DNA of 64,000 bases from positions 256,001 to 320,000 of the forward strand of contig CAWGZR010000010.1 of NCBI GenBank assembly GCA_963827165.1, read 5' to 3'. The translations under genes were made by a program, and so were the position numbers. Source of the stretch: Candidatus Bathyarchaeota archaeon (GTDB lineage: Archaea; Thermoproteota; Bathyarchaeia; Bathyarchaeales; Bathycorpusculaceae). Positions 18,204-29,951 of the stretch are shown one piece after another. Below the pieces are notes generated by a model that did not search any database, was not told the origin of the DNA, and saw only the letters and a list, made by a program, of their open reading frames with translations. Each line of letters opens with the position of its first letter. Positions within the stretch are counted from its first letter, which is position 1.

Positions 18204-18854
18204 TTAGCTTGGCGAGTTGTAGTAGCCCTTGTCCACCTTAACAAAGATCAATGGACCTTTGCTCTGCGACATCTCGCGGGCTTTCCGAAGTGCCTCGTTA
18301 ACGATGGTGAACACTTGCTCGCGTTCGTTCAGTTCTTGCACGCGTTTTTCACCGAGCTCCATCTTGAGCAGGTTCTCAGACAATATTTCGGTGCCACAGA
18401 TTTCCCCGTTCTTAAGTAGGGTTGTTATGATGATTTCTTGAAGCTCCTGCTTGTGATCAATCCGTTTCCATAGCGGCTCGGCACTGGTGAGAGTCTTGGA
18501 AATCTTGTTCCATCGAGTGGCGTTCTGGTCGCCTATCAGCAACTTAACGCGTTCCTTCCATTTCTTAAACCAAATCCCAATCCAAACAGTCAAGAACGCT
18601 TCTAACTCTGAGGAATCCTCCTTGAAAACTGCCTCCAACCGTTCTACCAACTCACATTGGCTAGCCTCTCTTCCAATCAGATCCCAATGAAACTTCAGGA
18701 AATTTGTAAAGTCCTGGCAAGCCACTTGCAATACTTTGCGGTCAGACCCCATAATGTCAAGAGCTGGATCCGCATCCTTCAATTTCTCCCCTATCATCAA
18801 TTCAACAAAGTTCATTCTGATTCCCGCTCCAAAGCCCTCTCCAATTAAGACCAT
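18204..18854 (-). CDS. Hypothetical protein
   Basis: 216-aa ORF with helical composition and no recognised motif. Confidence 0.7.
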   Translation of the reverse strand: MVLIGEGFGAGIRMNFVELMIGEKLKDADPALDIMGSDRKVLQVACQDFTNFLKFHWDLIGREASQCELVERLEAVFKEDSSELEAFLTVWIGIWFKKWKERVKLLIGDQNATRWNKISKTLTSAEPLWKRIDHKQELQEIIITTLLKNGEICGTEILSENLLKMELGEKRVQELNEREQVFTIVNEALRKAREMSQSKGPLIFVKVDKGYYNSPS

Positions 18855-18948
18855 AGATCAAGGTTTCTGATAAACCTTATTTTTTCTATCAAATATAAAG
18901 GGCTAAGATGGTTTCAGACAATATTTCGAATTTCGATATATCGCAGAA

Positions 18949-19605
18949 TCATCCGATGAAATTCGGAAGCGCGGTCACATCGTCTAAAATTAAATCTGGC
19001 TCTTCCCTCTCAAGTTCTTCACATTGGAAAAGTCCCGATAAAACAGCAACGGTCCGCGCTCCAGCTGCTTTTCCGGCACGCACATCATTAACAGAGTCGC
19101 CCGCAATCACGCAGTCAGCAATGTTAACGCCTAAAGTCTTGACGCAACTAAGCAACGCTTCAGGTGAAGGTTTAGGCTTGAACGCGTCCAAAGCGGTTAC
19201 GACATAGGTAAAGTACTTTGATATACCGAAAAACTCCAGTTCGTCCAGGATAGATTGCTTTGGAACGTACCGCATAGTTATCAAGGCGAGCTTCTTTTTT
19301 TCTGCCAAAGCCTCTAGTGCAGACTTAACATTGGGAATAAGTTTGGTTTTGTGTTGAGTAATTGAGTAGTAGGTTTTCAAGTATGCGCTTAGGAACTTTT
19401 TGCTTTCACCATATGTGATGTCGTTTATTGACAAACCCTGTTCAAGTCTTCGGGGGATTTCCAAAGCAGTTACATTGGGTACAGGAGGTTGACCGATGGC
19501 TTCAAACGATACTCGTGCCGCTTCCACGTAGGCTTCGGTAGAGTCAACTATGGTGCCATCCAAATCCAAGAAAACACATTTTGCCTTGAAACCATTTTCA
19601 AGCAT
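18949..19605 (-). CDS. HAD-superfamily hydrolase (phosphoglycolate phosphatase-like)
   Basis: FLDLDGTIVDS, KPKPSP, GDSVNDV. Confidence 0.92.
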   Translation of the reverse strand: MLENGFKAKCVFLDLDGTIVDSTEAYVEAARVSFEAIGQPPVPNVTALEIPRRLEQGLSINDITYGESKKFLSAYLKTYYSITQHKTKLIPNVKSALEALAEKKKLALITMRYVPKQSILDELEFFGISKYFTYVVTALDAFKPKPSPEALLSCVKTLGVNIADCVIAGDSVNDVRAGKAAGARTVAVLSGLFQCEELEREEPDLILDDVTALPNFIG

Positions 19606-19740
19606 TTCTCTCTCGCTCCAACTGTGCTCTATATTTCTTAAACGTTTCCTACAAATCGCAATAAAACTAAGTTCTCGACATGATTTCTGCATCGCCCCAT
19701 ATCTGAAAGAAAGGAGGAAGAAAAGAGACTCTTTTTATCT

Positions 19741-21186
19741 TTATGCAGCGGATGGACGTCGTGTTTCTTTTCCCCTTATGTATGAGAGTATTCCTGCGAA
19801 TGCCAATATGGCAACGGACGCGTAAAAAGCGTGGTCTATTCCGGATATGAATGCTTGGCTTACCCCGCCAGATAGGCTTGTTGTTCCGATAAACACTTCG
19901 AAAGCAACATAGCGGGGAATCGAAGCAGAGGCAACAGAGATTGATAAAACGTAGCTGCCGACTAACCCGATGTTCTGGACAGTTCTCAGCAAACCCGATA
20001 TACTCCCGTATGATCCGGCCCGTGCATTAGCCATAACTGCGCTGTTGTTGGCCGGGAAAAACATGGATGTTCCTAGACCTGATACTGCTGAAGCGAAAAG
20101 CACGATGTAAAGCGGGGTCATCGTACCCATGGTCAAATAAATCAGCACTGCGACTGCCAAGAAGAATATTCCCATTGTAGCGATTTCTCTGGACCCGTAC
20201 TTGTCCGAAAGCCTACCCATTATTGGACCCAAAAAGCTGCCTGCTACGTATCCTGGAACCAGAAGCAGCGAGGCATTGAGCGGAGTGAGCGCCCTTATTC
20301 CCTGCAAATACATAATTACAAGAAATATCACAGAGAAGTAGCCGACACTGGTGAAAAACGCCGCCAAGATGGCGTTTCGAAGAACTCTGATTCTTAGGGC
20401 CTGAAAATCAATTAAAGGATTCACAAGCCTGCGGTCGTAAAGTGCGAATACGGGTATCAAAGCCGCTCCAATCACCGACAAAACGAAATTTAACTTGCTT
20501 AGACCCTCAGCTGCGAAATTGACCAAGCCGTAGGACAACAAGACCAGTGCTGTGGCGAGTAGCCCCATTCCAACAAGGTCTAGTTTGGCATTTGTTTTCT
20601 CTGAATCCTTTAGGTATTTTAGCCCTACAATAACTGCGATTATGCCTATTGGGATGTTTATGAAGAAAATGTATTGCCAGCTGATGAAGCTGGTTATGAT
20701 TCCGCCCAGTACAATGCCAAGCAATGCTCCTGCCGTGAAGCCCAGGGAATTGTAGCCGTATGCTCTGCCGCGTCTTTCTCTAGGAAAGTAATCAGCTATT
20801 ATGGCGCCGCTGGTGGCTTGCAGGATAGCTCCTCCCGCCGCTTGCACCACTCTGAATGCTATAAGCAGGTATATGTGAGTGGACAGACCGCATAGGGCTG
20901 AGCCGACCGTGAAAATTACAAAGCCTAAATTGAATATTTTGCTTCTGCCATAGATATCTCCGATTCTGCCCATTTGCGTAGTCGCGACGGCTAAGACCAG
21001 AAGATAAGCCAGAATGATCCAAAGTGACGTGGCAAGGTTTGAGTGTAAGCTGTCGTTTATTGTGGGAAAAGCCAAAAGAACAATGGTGCTGTCCAAAGCT
21101 CCCATCAATGTTCCCAGCATAACGATGCCTAAAACTATGCTGCTATGCCTGGGTAAGACTTCAACCGGTTTACTCGGGTTCTGCAT
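19741..21186 (-). CDS. MFS transporter (DHA2/EmrB-like)
   Basis: GRIGDIYGRSK motif A and LDSTIV; multiple TM helices. Confidence 0.92.
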   Translation of the reverse strand: MQNPSKPVEVLPRHSSIVLGIVMLGTLMGALDSTIVLLAFPTINDSLHSNLATSLWIILAYLLVLAVATTQMGRIGDIYGRSKIFNLGFVIFTVGSALCGLSTHIYLLIAFRVVQAAGGAILQATSGAIIADYFPRERRGRAYGYNSLGFTAGALLGIVLGGIITSFISWQYIFFINIPIGIIAVIVGLKYLKDSEKTNAKLDLVGMGLLATALVLLSYGLVNFAAEGLSKLNFVLSVIGAALIPVFALYDRRLVNPLIDFQALRIRVLRNAILAAFFTSVGYFSVIFLVIMYLQGIRALTPLNASLLLVPGYVAGSFLGPIMGRLSDKYGSREIATMGIFFLAVAVLIYLTMGTMTPLYIVLFASAVSGLGTSMFFPANNSAVMANARAGSYGSISGLLRTVQNIGLVGSYVLSISVASASIPRYVAFEVFIGTTSLSGGVSQAFISGIDHAFYASVAILAFAGILSYIRGKETRRPSAA

Positions 21187-21415
21187 TCCAGTGCCTCTTT
21201 TCGATAGCTCTAAAACCTGTTTCTTCCTCAATTACTGACTAAGCGTCAATTTATAAATCTGGCGCAGTCGGAGAAATTGAGCGAGCAGACACATAATTGT
21301 AGGGTAGGCTGAAGATGCCTTCGTTGATGGTTAATGTACAAAAACAGTCTAGATAAGTAATTATAATTCAAAGAACCCTATTTTCAGAACGAATCTGCTC
21401 TTGCTAGTGTTTCAA

Positions 21416-21886
21416 ATGCCTGAGAAAACCGCTTCTCCAACCGACATCTTCAGTTTAATGTCAGAAGAGAGCCCTGAGCAGGCGAAAAAGAAGCAGCGAC
21501 ATGAACTTCTGGAACCAACAGGTGTAAAAGACCTTTTCGCCGAAGGCAGGATAGACATAAACAATTTCACCTGCGTCGGAGTTCAATGTAAACTTTGCAT
21601 CAAAGCCTGCCCAACCAACGCTTTATACTGGACAAACGGCAAGGTAGCGGTGATAGATGATTTATGCGTTCACTGCGGCGCCTGTGTGCTAAACTGTATG
21701 GTTGACGACTGCATAAAAATTGAGCGGAAAAGAGAAGACGGTACAAAAGAATGTTTCAGTAAACCAAAAGACGTTGTTGCGCTAACTGATAAACTGAATT
21801 CCAAGAGACGCTTAGGAAGGGTGAAGACGATCTTCCCGACCGCTGAAGATTATCGGCACAGGTACCTCGATAAACCTGAGCTGTGA
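21416..21886 (+). CDS. 2[4Fe-4S] ferredoxin-domain protein
   Basis: CVGVQCKLCIKACP and CVHCGACVLNC. Confidence 0.85.
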   Translation: MPEKTASPTDIFSLMSEESPEQAKKKQRHELLEPTGVKDLFAEGRIDINNFTCVGVQCKLCIKACPTNALYWTNGKVAVIDDLCVHCGACVLNCMVDDCIKIERKREDGTKECFSKPKDVVALTDKLNSKRRLGRVKTIFPTAEDYRHRYLDKPEL

Positions 21887-21933
21887 TTTCAAAGTTGCTT
21901 CGGGAAACGAACTATAATTCTTAATCAGCAATG

Positions 21934-23100
21934 TCATCCAAGGGAAGCTTGCAGATGTTTTATTGAAACTGTCGTTCCGCTACGAGTCGATAACTCGATT
22001 TTTTCTCCGAAGCCTCTCTTTGCATAAGCGTTTTCTAGGAGCAATTCGTCGCCTGCTTTCAAGGCTTCAAGCGCGTCTGCATGTTGGCGCCAAGCTGTAA
22101 CCCGAACGGTGCCCGACTCGTCTTTCAGGTCAAAAACGATTAATTTCACGCTTTCACCTTTGCCGGTGGTTACTTGCTTGTTTTGGGGAGCCGACGCTAC
22201 GATGCCTTGAACGTTAACGGTTTGGTTTTCCATTAATTTATCGATTTTCGTCAGCAACTGCTGGGCTGTTTGAACATCGATGTATGTGTATGAGTCCACG
22301 TGAACTTCAAAGCCGCCGTTTTGAGTTTCTTTCACTCGGGCATTTAGAAGGAGCAAACGCGAATTGACTTTTAGGGTTTCTATTTCGACCGTTTTCTCGT
22401 TCCAAACCACGGTTACGACTTGTCCTGAATCGTCAGCAAGAGTAACCCTCATCACTTTTCCGTCAACGTCGCCGCTTCGAGGAAACGTCGTTAAACCTGA
22501 AACAGCTTTTACCGTGCCTGCAAGATGAACCGTGCCTGATATACATGTCAAAGAACCTATTTTTGTGGCGAACTTCTCAGCAGCTGGGTAAATACTGGTT
22601 TTTTCTGTGGGGTCAACTTCAATTTTGCTTTTGCCGCCCATATGCAACTCCACTTTTCCGAAGCGGTCTTCCTTGGTGTATCCGTGCATGAGCTTGACGT
22701 CTTGTCCAACATCGAGTTCGCCGCATTCAACTATGCTTGCTTTGTCATTCCAGAGCATAACCCGAATGATTCCTTCTTTGTCTGCAAGCATTAAAGTCGC
22801 GTATTTGCCTGGTTTTTCTCCTTCGAAAGTGCGAACTGGGTAGACTGCGACTAAGCGACCCTCCACCGTAACATCGTTTAAGCCTGCGAATAATTGGCCA
22901 GTGGATAAGGTTCCGCTGTTGCTGATGCCGTTTTGCTGCACTTCAACCCCATACTTTGCGGCGATGAGCCTAAGAAGCGTCTCGTCACCAAATAAACCGC
23001 CGCTCCTCGACCGCTCATCTTTTAGCCTATCAAGAACTTGCTCTTGGGTAACCTCAGGGTTCTGGGCGAGAATTTTCTGAATGATGTCAATAGCACTCAT
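21934..23100 (-). CDS. rpa: Replication protein A-type multi-OB-fold ssDNA-binding protein
   Basis: Three OB repeats: LADKEGIIRVMLWND, LADDSGQVVTVVWNE, LKDESGTVRVTAWR. Confidence 0.88.
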   Translation of the reverse strand: MSAIDIIQKILAQNPEVTQEQVLDRLKDERSRSGGLFGDETLLRLIAAKYGVEVQQNGISNSGTLSTGQLFAGLNDVTVEGRLVAVYPVRTFEGEKPGKYATLMLADKEGIIRVMLWNDKASIVECGELDVGQDVKLMHGYTKEDRFGKVELHMGGKSKIEVDPTEKTSIYPAAEKFATKIGSLTCISGTVHLAGTVKAVSGLTTFPRSGDVDGKVMRVTLADDSGQVVTVVWNEKTVEIETLKVNSRLLLLNARVKETQNGGFEVHVDSYTYIDVQTAQQLLTKIDKLMENQTVNVQGIVASAPQNKQVTTGKGESVKLIVFDLKDESGTVRVTAWRQHADALEALKAGDELLLENAYAKRGFGEKIELSTRSGTTVSIKHLQASLG

Positions 23101-23327
23101 GTTGCGCCGACACGAATACAATTCGGATGCTTTTAATTTTTTTGCATTTCTCGTCTCCTTCCTCGGCATGAAGTTGTGACGAGTTAAATCTCAAAAGAAA
23201 TCTGCTTTTGCGGTCGGATTTGGGTTATTTTTTTGGTTTAGGCTCAGGTTTGAGTTTAGGCAAGGTCACTGGATGAAGATAACAAGAAAACTGAGAAAGG
23301 CGGAAACGGGAAGTTTGATCGTTTTTC

Positions 23328-23906
23328 CTAAGAGGCGTGTTGTTCGATGAATTTGCCTAAGTCAAGAATTGTCAAATCGCCCTTACAGATAGTGCAGAAC
23401 CTTGGAATTTGAGTTGCCTTCGCCCCGATCTTAAGCTGCGTCCCACAATGCGGGCAATAATAAGTCAGCGTTTGCCCCGTCTTAGCCAGATTTTTGACTA
23501 GATCTCCAGCAGCTACATTTGGCTTAGGCATTTTTCTCCTTGCTGCTTCCGCTTCTTCTTCCATACCCCATTTGTCGTACCCAGAGGCTGCCTCCTCAAA
23601 TTTTCCCTGCGACTCAAGCTTCTTGATTTCCGCAACCGCAACATCTTTGTCATTGGAGAAGTCGCCGCATTTTTCAGCCTCAACAAAATACAGAGTGTAA
23701 CCAACCGTCACCGGCTTTAGCTTTTTGCCCCGTTTTTTGCAGGTTTCCTCGGTGAAGTAGCTGCATTCCTCACAGCTGCGAAGACCCTTATACTCCTTCT
23801 CAACTTTCCAGTAGCAATCCGCACAGTAAGATCGTTCTTCGCCGCCGATTTTCGCGGTCGGCATATTGCCCTTAGATTCTTTGCTGCAACCGTAACATTT
23901 AGCCAT
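23328..23906 (-). CDS. Cys-rich multi-zinc-ribbon hypothetical protein
   Basis: CYGC, CADC, CEEC, CPHC and CTIC pairs. Confidence 0.75.
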   Translation of the reverse strand: MAKCYGCSKESKGNMPTAKIGGEERSYCADCYWKVEKEYKGLRSCEECSYFTEETCKKRGKKLKPVTVGYTLYFVEAEKCGDFSNDKDVAVAEIKKLESQGKFEEAASGYDKWGMEEEAEAARRKMPKPNVAAGDLVKNLAKTGQTLTYYCPHCGTQLKIGAKATQIPRFCTICKGDLTILDLGKFIEQHAS

Positions 23907-24057
23907 GTCTTAAGACCTCAATTCCAAGTTTGTTTTCTGGAACTGATTAATTGCAATTAAAGGTTGAGGTGTAATATAAAAAAGCGACGCAACACTTGCC
24001 CGGCAGATTTGGGGCAAAGTTAAATCTAAGCTTGATAAATACGGTAAGAGAAACAAC

Positions 24058-24564
24058 ATGACCATCAAACAACGAAGATATCCCCTGAAAAACAAAGAGG
24101 CAAAACAGGTCCTATCCGAAGCTTCAACTAACCTCAAACTTGACCTCGAAACACTTTTCGGCAGCAAAGCCACGGTGGAAGTCGTCGAATCCGAAGTCGG
24201 CCAAATATACCTTATCGAAGGAAAACCCATACTCTTCAAAGCTGACGGCAAAATCTTTCCAACCCTACACTTCACCGAGTACATCGTTGGCGCACCCAAA
24301 ATTGTCGTGGACATGGGCGCTGTACCATACGTCTGCAAGGGCGCAACAGTGATGGCTCCGGGCATAGTGCGAATTGAAGGAGAGTTCAGCAAAGACAACC
24401 TTGTCGTTGTTATAGATATTAAACATGGGAAAGCTTTGGGGCTTGGCGAAGCACTGATGAACGCGGAAACGGCTCGGCAAACAAAGAAAGGCCCAATAGT
24501 TAAAACTCTGCATTTTGTGAGCGACAAGATCTGGGATGCGACAAAGACCTTATTGGAATCGTAA
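24058..24564 (+). CDS. PUA-domain RNA-binding protein (DUF1947, MCT-1-like)
   Basis: VVDMGAVPYVCKGATVMAPGIV...HFVSDKIW. Confidence 0.92.
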   Translation: MTIKQRRYPLKNKEAKQVLSEASTNLKLDLETLFGSKATVEVVESEVGQIYLIEGKPILFKADGKIFPTLHFTEYIVGAPKIVVDMGAVPYVCKGATVMAPGIVRIEGEFSKDNLVVVIDIKHGKALGLGEALMNAETARQTKKGPIVKTLHFVSDKIWDATKTLLES

Positions 24565-24584
24565 ATTAAGCGGATTTCGTAGCT

Positions 24585-25448
24585 CTATTCCTCGAGTACA
24601 CCAATTAAATTCTCGATGTCTTTGATCCAAGTGTTTATTGATTCTATGTTTTCATCTTGGTTTCGTGATACTTTCTGCATTCCGCTCAGTTGGTCAAGCT
24701 GGTGCTTGTAGTATCCAGCCAACAAGTTCAATGGCTTTATGAATTGCGCTGTTGGTTCATGTCTTTCTATTTTATTGCCTAAACTGCTAAGCGCCATGGT
24801 CATTTCTTCCACGGTCATGTCAGCGTTTTTCTTGAAATCTTGAAGTACCCACTGCTTGAAGACTATATTGCGTTTTCTCCAGCCAGTGGATTGCTCAGTG
24901 AAGGTTTTGAGCACGGCTTGATAAAGCGGCATGACAGGTTCTGTTTCAGGCGTGGACATTTTAGGCGAAACAATGGAGCTTTTTTCCACCGCCAAAGAGT
25001 CATAATGCGTCTCGTCGAAAGTTAGAGTCAAACTAACGCAAGCCCTAAGTGGGGTACCTAACGCAATCCATAGGTTACTCATCTCAACCACAGAAAGTGA
25101 ATCCATTTTTACCCTGAAACCCCTAATGCTGTCATCATCTGAACTAGCAATCGTCGATGCTTGAAAAAATACATGAATTATTTTTTCGAGCAATGAATGA
25201 GCGTCTTTATCATTTGCACTTAGTGGTGTAACAAGGTAGTGCAATGCAAAAACTGGTTCAACTGTTATGTTATAGAGAAAAATCGATAATTTTCCCAGTC
25301 CATGTGTGCCTACAGTTTTCGGAGACGAAAACGAAATCTGCTCGTGGCTTAAGACCAAATTTTTTGAGGCGGACTCTTTTTCTACGCCTTTCCAGACAAG
25401 ATTCGACAGCACCTCGTCGGCATAAGAGATGAAGGCCTTTTGAGACAT
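24585..25448 (-). CDS. DUF4255/Pvc16-N-like domain protein with a C-terminal helical domain
   Basis: LSIFLYNI...LHYLVTP...HSLLEKII...MSNLWIALGTPLRACV matches my recollection of the DUF4255 pattern. Confidence 0.7.
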   Translation of the reverse strand: MSQKAFISYADEVLSNLVWKGVEKESASKNLVLSHEQISFSSPKTVGTHGLGKLSIFLYNITVEPVFALHYLVTPLSANDKDAHSLLEKIIHVFFQASTIASSDDDSIRGFRVKMDSLSVVEMSNLWIALGTPLRACVSLTLTFDETHYDSLAVEKSSIVSPKMSTPETEPVMPLYQAVLKTFTEQSTGWRKRNIVFKQWVLQDFKKNADMTVEEMTMALSSLGNKIERHEPTAQFIKPLNLLAGYYKHQLDQLSGMQKVSRNQDENIESINTWIKDIENLIGVLEE

Positions 25449-25584
25449 AAATATCGATTAACTACGTTGTCAGGTTCCTAAAAAGAGTTTGTAGCCAAAA
25501 TTCTTTTCGATTTAACGAAGATTCTGCTTAAATAAGAACTTTGAAAGTAAGAAATGAAACCCGGGCTATAGATTGCTAATGTTT

Positions 25585-27283
<1,699 letters not shown>

Positions 27284-27454
27284 TCAGACCTAACTGAGCA
27301 ATTAGTCAGGTCCACATACGTGTCCCCGCAACTGGAGGCCAACACCATCATCCCTGCAAGGCAATCGCCGTTTCGGTACGGGTTGAGCCGCCGCCATGTG
27401 AAAATTGCGGGGCTAGCAATTATAGCTGAATTCTTACAGAAGCGCCCTTATCCG

Positions 27455-27461
27455 ATATAAA
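27455..27461 (-). promoter_or_regulatory. Probable TATA box of the 16S transcription unit
   Basis: TTTATAT on the minus strand after an A-rich BRE-like stretch, upstream of the structured leader. Confidence 0.55.
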
Positions 27462-27976
27462 CATTTCTTTAACATTGAAATAAACATTATCACGTTGAGC
27501 CTGAGCCGTTTTGCTGTGCTAAATTCAAAGATTCCCGTTAACCTTATGCGCCAGCGTAATGGAAAAAAGGGAAGAAACATATGCTTTCTAAGGTTTGAGT
27601 TACCAGCCTTTGCTACCGCTGCTTTTCATGTGGACTTCGGACTGGTGTTTGTCGTATTCTTCCCGTGTTTTGAAGGTTTTATTGTCTTGGACGAAGATGA
27701 ATTTGCCGTCTATTCTTCAGGATCAATTAGGTCTTTATTATTTCTGCTTTGCAGTTGCTGCCGCCCAATCGAGTTATGTTTGTTTTAACGTGGTCATGAA
27801 CCCTTGCATCAGTAACACGTATTACTAAATCTTGAACTCGGCAATACGTCCCTTTTAGGGTTACATTCCGCAGTTTTTAGGCAAGCTGTCACCGATAAAA
27901 ATCAGTGTACGGAACAATAGTCAAGTTTGTCAGTTTAGCGTTAAAAACGATTTATTAAATAAGAGGAAAAAAGGCT

Positions 27977-28213
27977 TTAGCTCTTTTCTTTCTCATAGAT
28001 TTTATGCCTATCCATTGTTTCTTTGGTAGCCCTGGTTTTTCCTAAACTACCGTTGTGTGCACTCAAGACAAATTTCAAAGTATTTTCCTTAAAAAACTCT
28101 CTAAATTGGTTTCCGCATTGGGTACACTTGTACATTTTAATATGGAATTGGCCAAATTTCCATTCCTTATCAGGTTCTTTCACGTGGGCGGTTCAATTCG
28201 GACATTTCGGCAT
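27977..28213 (-). pseudogene. Cren7-like zinc-ribbon protein with an in-frame TGA at a Cys position
   Basis: MPKCPN*TAHVKEPDKEWKFGQFHIKMYKCTQCGNQFREFF...; TGA at 28193-28195. Confidence 0.6.
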
Positions 28214-28356
28214 AAATTTTCAACCTATCAAATCAAAGGGCAAAATAACTATATATACCAATTCAGACGCAGATTTCCTAACCAAATTTTTCGTCTCTTA
28301 GAAAGAAACTAATTCAAATCCAAATGGGGGAACTCAATTTTAGAGAATAAGTCGTT

Positions 28357-28557
28357 TTATCCTCTGTTTGGAGCAAGCTTGAATTGGCGTCTTTGTTTTT
28401 TTCCGCGAGGGGTGCGTGACCCTGATGGTTTTTCATTTTGCTTCGTACTTACTTTTTTGTTCTTCTCACCACTGTATCTATTCACATCTTTTTCGTGAGA
28501 AGAGGGTGGCTGCTTCGTCTCTTGCTCAATATTTTTAATATTTTCTTTTTCACTCAT
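28357..28557 (-). CDS. Small basic hypothetical protein
   Basis: 66-aa ATG ORF preceded by GGAGTGA. Confidence 0.5.
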   Translation of the reverse strand: MSEKENIKNIEQETKQPPSSHEKDVNRYSGEKNKKVSTKQNEKPSGSRTPRGKKQRRQFKLAPNRG

Positions 28558-28571
28558 TATCTTTCACTCCA

Positions 28572-28898
28572 CTATTCGGGTTTTAATTCTCTGTCTTCAC
28601 TGTAGTCTCTGTCCTCGTGGACTTCCTCTTCAGCTTCGTCTTCTTTTTCTTCTTCCGACTCGATTGCTTCTTCGCCTTCAGCCGCTGCCTTGTCTTCTGC
28701 TTCGCCTTTTGGCGGATAAGCCTTGTCTAACCAAACTTCAAACTGCCTTCTGCTGTCAGAGACAGAAAAAGTCCACTCACACAATCCACTAATGACTTTG
28801 CTAACGTCAATGTCGCGTTCGTCAGCTAAACGTTTCAAATACTCTTCCCAATTTGCAGGCAAAGACACGGAAAAACTACCCATAAAAAATATCTCCAC
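28572..28898 (-). CDS. RHH-like protein with acidic tail
   Basis: SFSVSLPANWEEYLKRLADERDIDVSKVISGL pattern followed by an E-rich tail. Confidence 0.6.
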   Translation of the reverse strand: MEIFFMGSFSVSLPANWEEYLKRLADERDIDVSKVISGLCEWTFSVSDSRRQFEVWLDKAYPPKGEAEDKAAAEGEEAIESEEEKEDEAEEEVHEDRDYSEDRELKPE

Positions 28899-28966
28899 TA
28901 CCTTGTTAGTGCCAAGTTATATTTAAACTTCAAAACCCTGAAATTTGCGGCCTATAATGGATGTGT

Positions 28967-29119
28967 CTATCTTTGCTCTTTCAGTAATTGTAATCTCTTA
29001 GCAACTTCTTTGGAGATTTTTTCTAAACCCTGTGCTAAGTCTTCACGATCGACTTCGTCTAATGGGTAATATTTCCCTTCTTTGTCGATGAACACAAGTT
29101 CCAATTTTCCGTTTACCAT
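28967..29119 (-). CDS. Small hypothetical protein
   Basis: MVNGKLELVFIDKEGKYYPLDEVDREDLAQGLEKISKEVAKRLQLLKEQR*. Confidence 0.5.
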   Translation of the reverse strand: MVNGKLELVFIDKEGKYYPLDEVDREDLAQGLEKISKEVAKRLQLLKEQR

Positions 29120-29639
29120 AATTTTCGCCTTTTCGATTAAATTCTTATTGTGTTCGCGATTCGCTTAAACTTTTCTTGTTTCAGTTAGAAGCGGCGCTGC
29201 AATCTCGATGCCCGGAATGATGGACATTTTTGCCACAGAATAAATTTGGATTATGCAGCTGTTCGCCTTATAGGGTTCCATTGGCACTGCTGGCAGCAGC
29301 TCAAGCTAATATCGAGGAAAGAAAGAACCATAAACCGTTTCACTATCCTATTGATTCTGAAAAATGTGGTTATTTGCAGCGTATTATTTGTTTGTTCCGT
29401 GGTGGCTCCATTTGCCATTGCAGCAGACGTTGTAGTCGCAGGTTACGCATGAATCTTTTACCCCGAGCTCGCAAACATCATTGATTTCATCGTCGTTCAT
29501 TTTCGAATCTCCAGTATCAATGTAATCATGAGTAGTAATATAAGTGGAATTTCTAAACTTCGAATATATCGGGAAACGTAATACCCTTGCCGAGCTGAGT
29601 TGGGTTTAATCTTTGGGGAGGTCTTCCTCTTTAGCGTTT

Positions 29640-29815
29640 GAAAGAGTGCTTTCTTTCAGGCGAAACCTTCCGCGCCCAGGATACTCAAACATATCACACT
29701 GAGCATCAGGATGACTTTCTTTCCTGTTGTAAACGCCTTTATCGATTAACATGATCAATAGATCAAGGCACCTTTGCGTAAGCCTAATAGTTATGGGTTC
29801 ACGCTTCTTATTATT
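29640..29815 (-). pseudogene. Degenerate CopG/RHH regulator gene
   Basis: KKREPITIRLTQRCLDLLIMLIDKGVYNRK-like reading with no start codon and an apparent frameshift. Confidence 0.4.
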
Positions 29816-29951
29816 TTGACACTTTTAAAGTCGCTATTCACGCCCTCTTTTGCCCAATTTCAATTCGGGAGCAATGGCGCATAAGGTCAGGTTAGATAAA
29901 CAGCCCCCATTTGTCGGCCAAAAGATCAAGCTCAGAATGTGTGAAAACCAA

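Noticed and set aside
23180-23270. Short hexamer-like repeats that could encode a PKLKPEPKPKK peptide
   Set aside because: Too short and degenerate to support a gene or repeat call
27977-28213. Genome-wide TGA reassignment
   Set aside because: TGA ends conserved genes here at their expected positions (for example lsm, rpl29, sucD)
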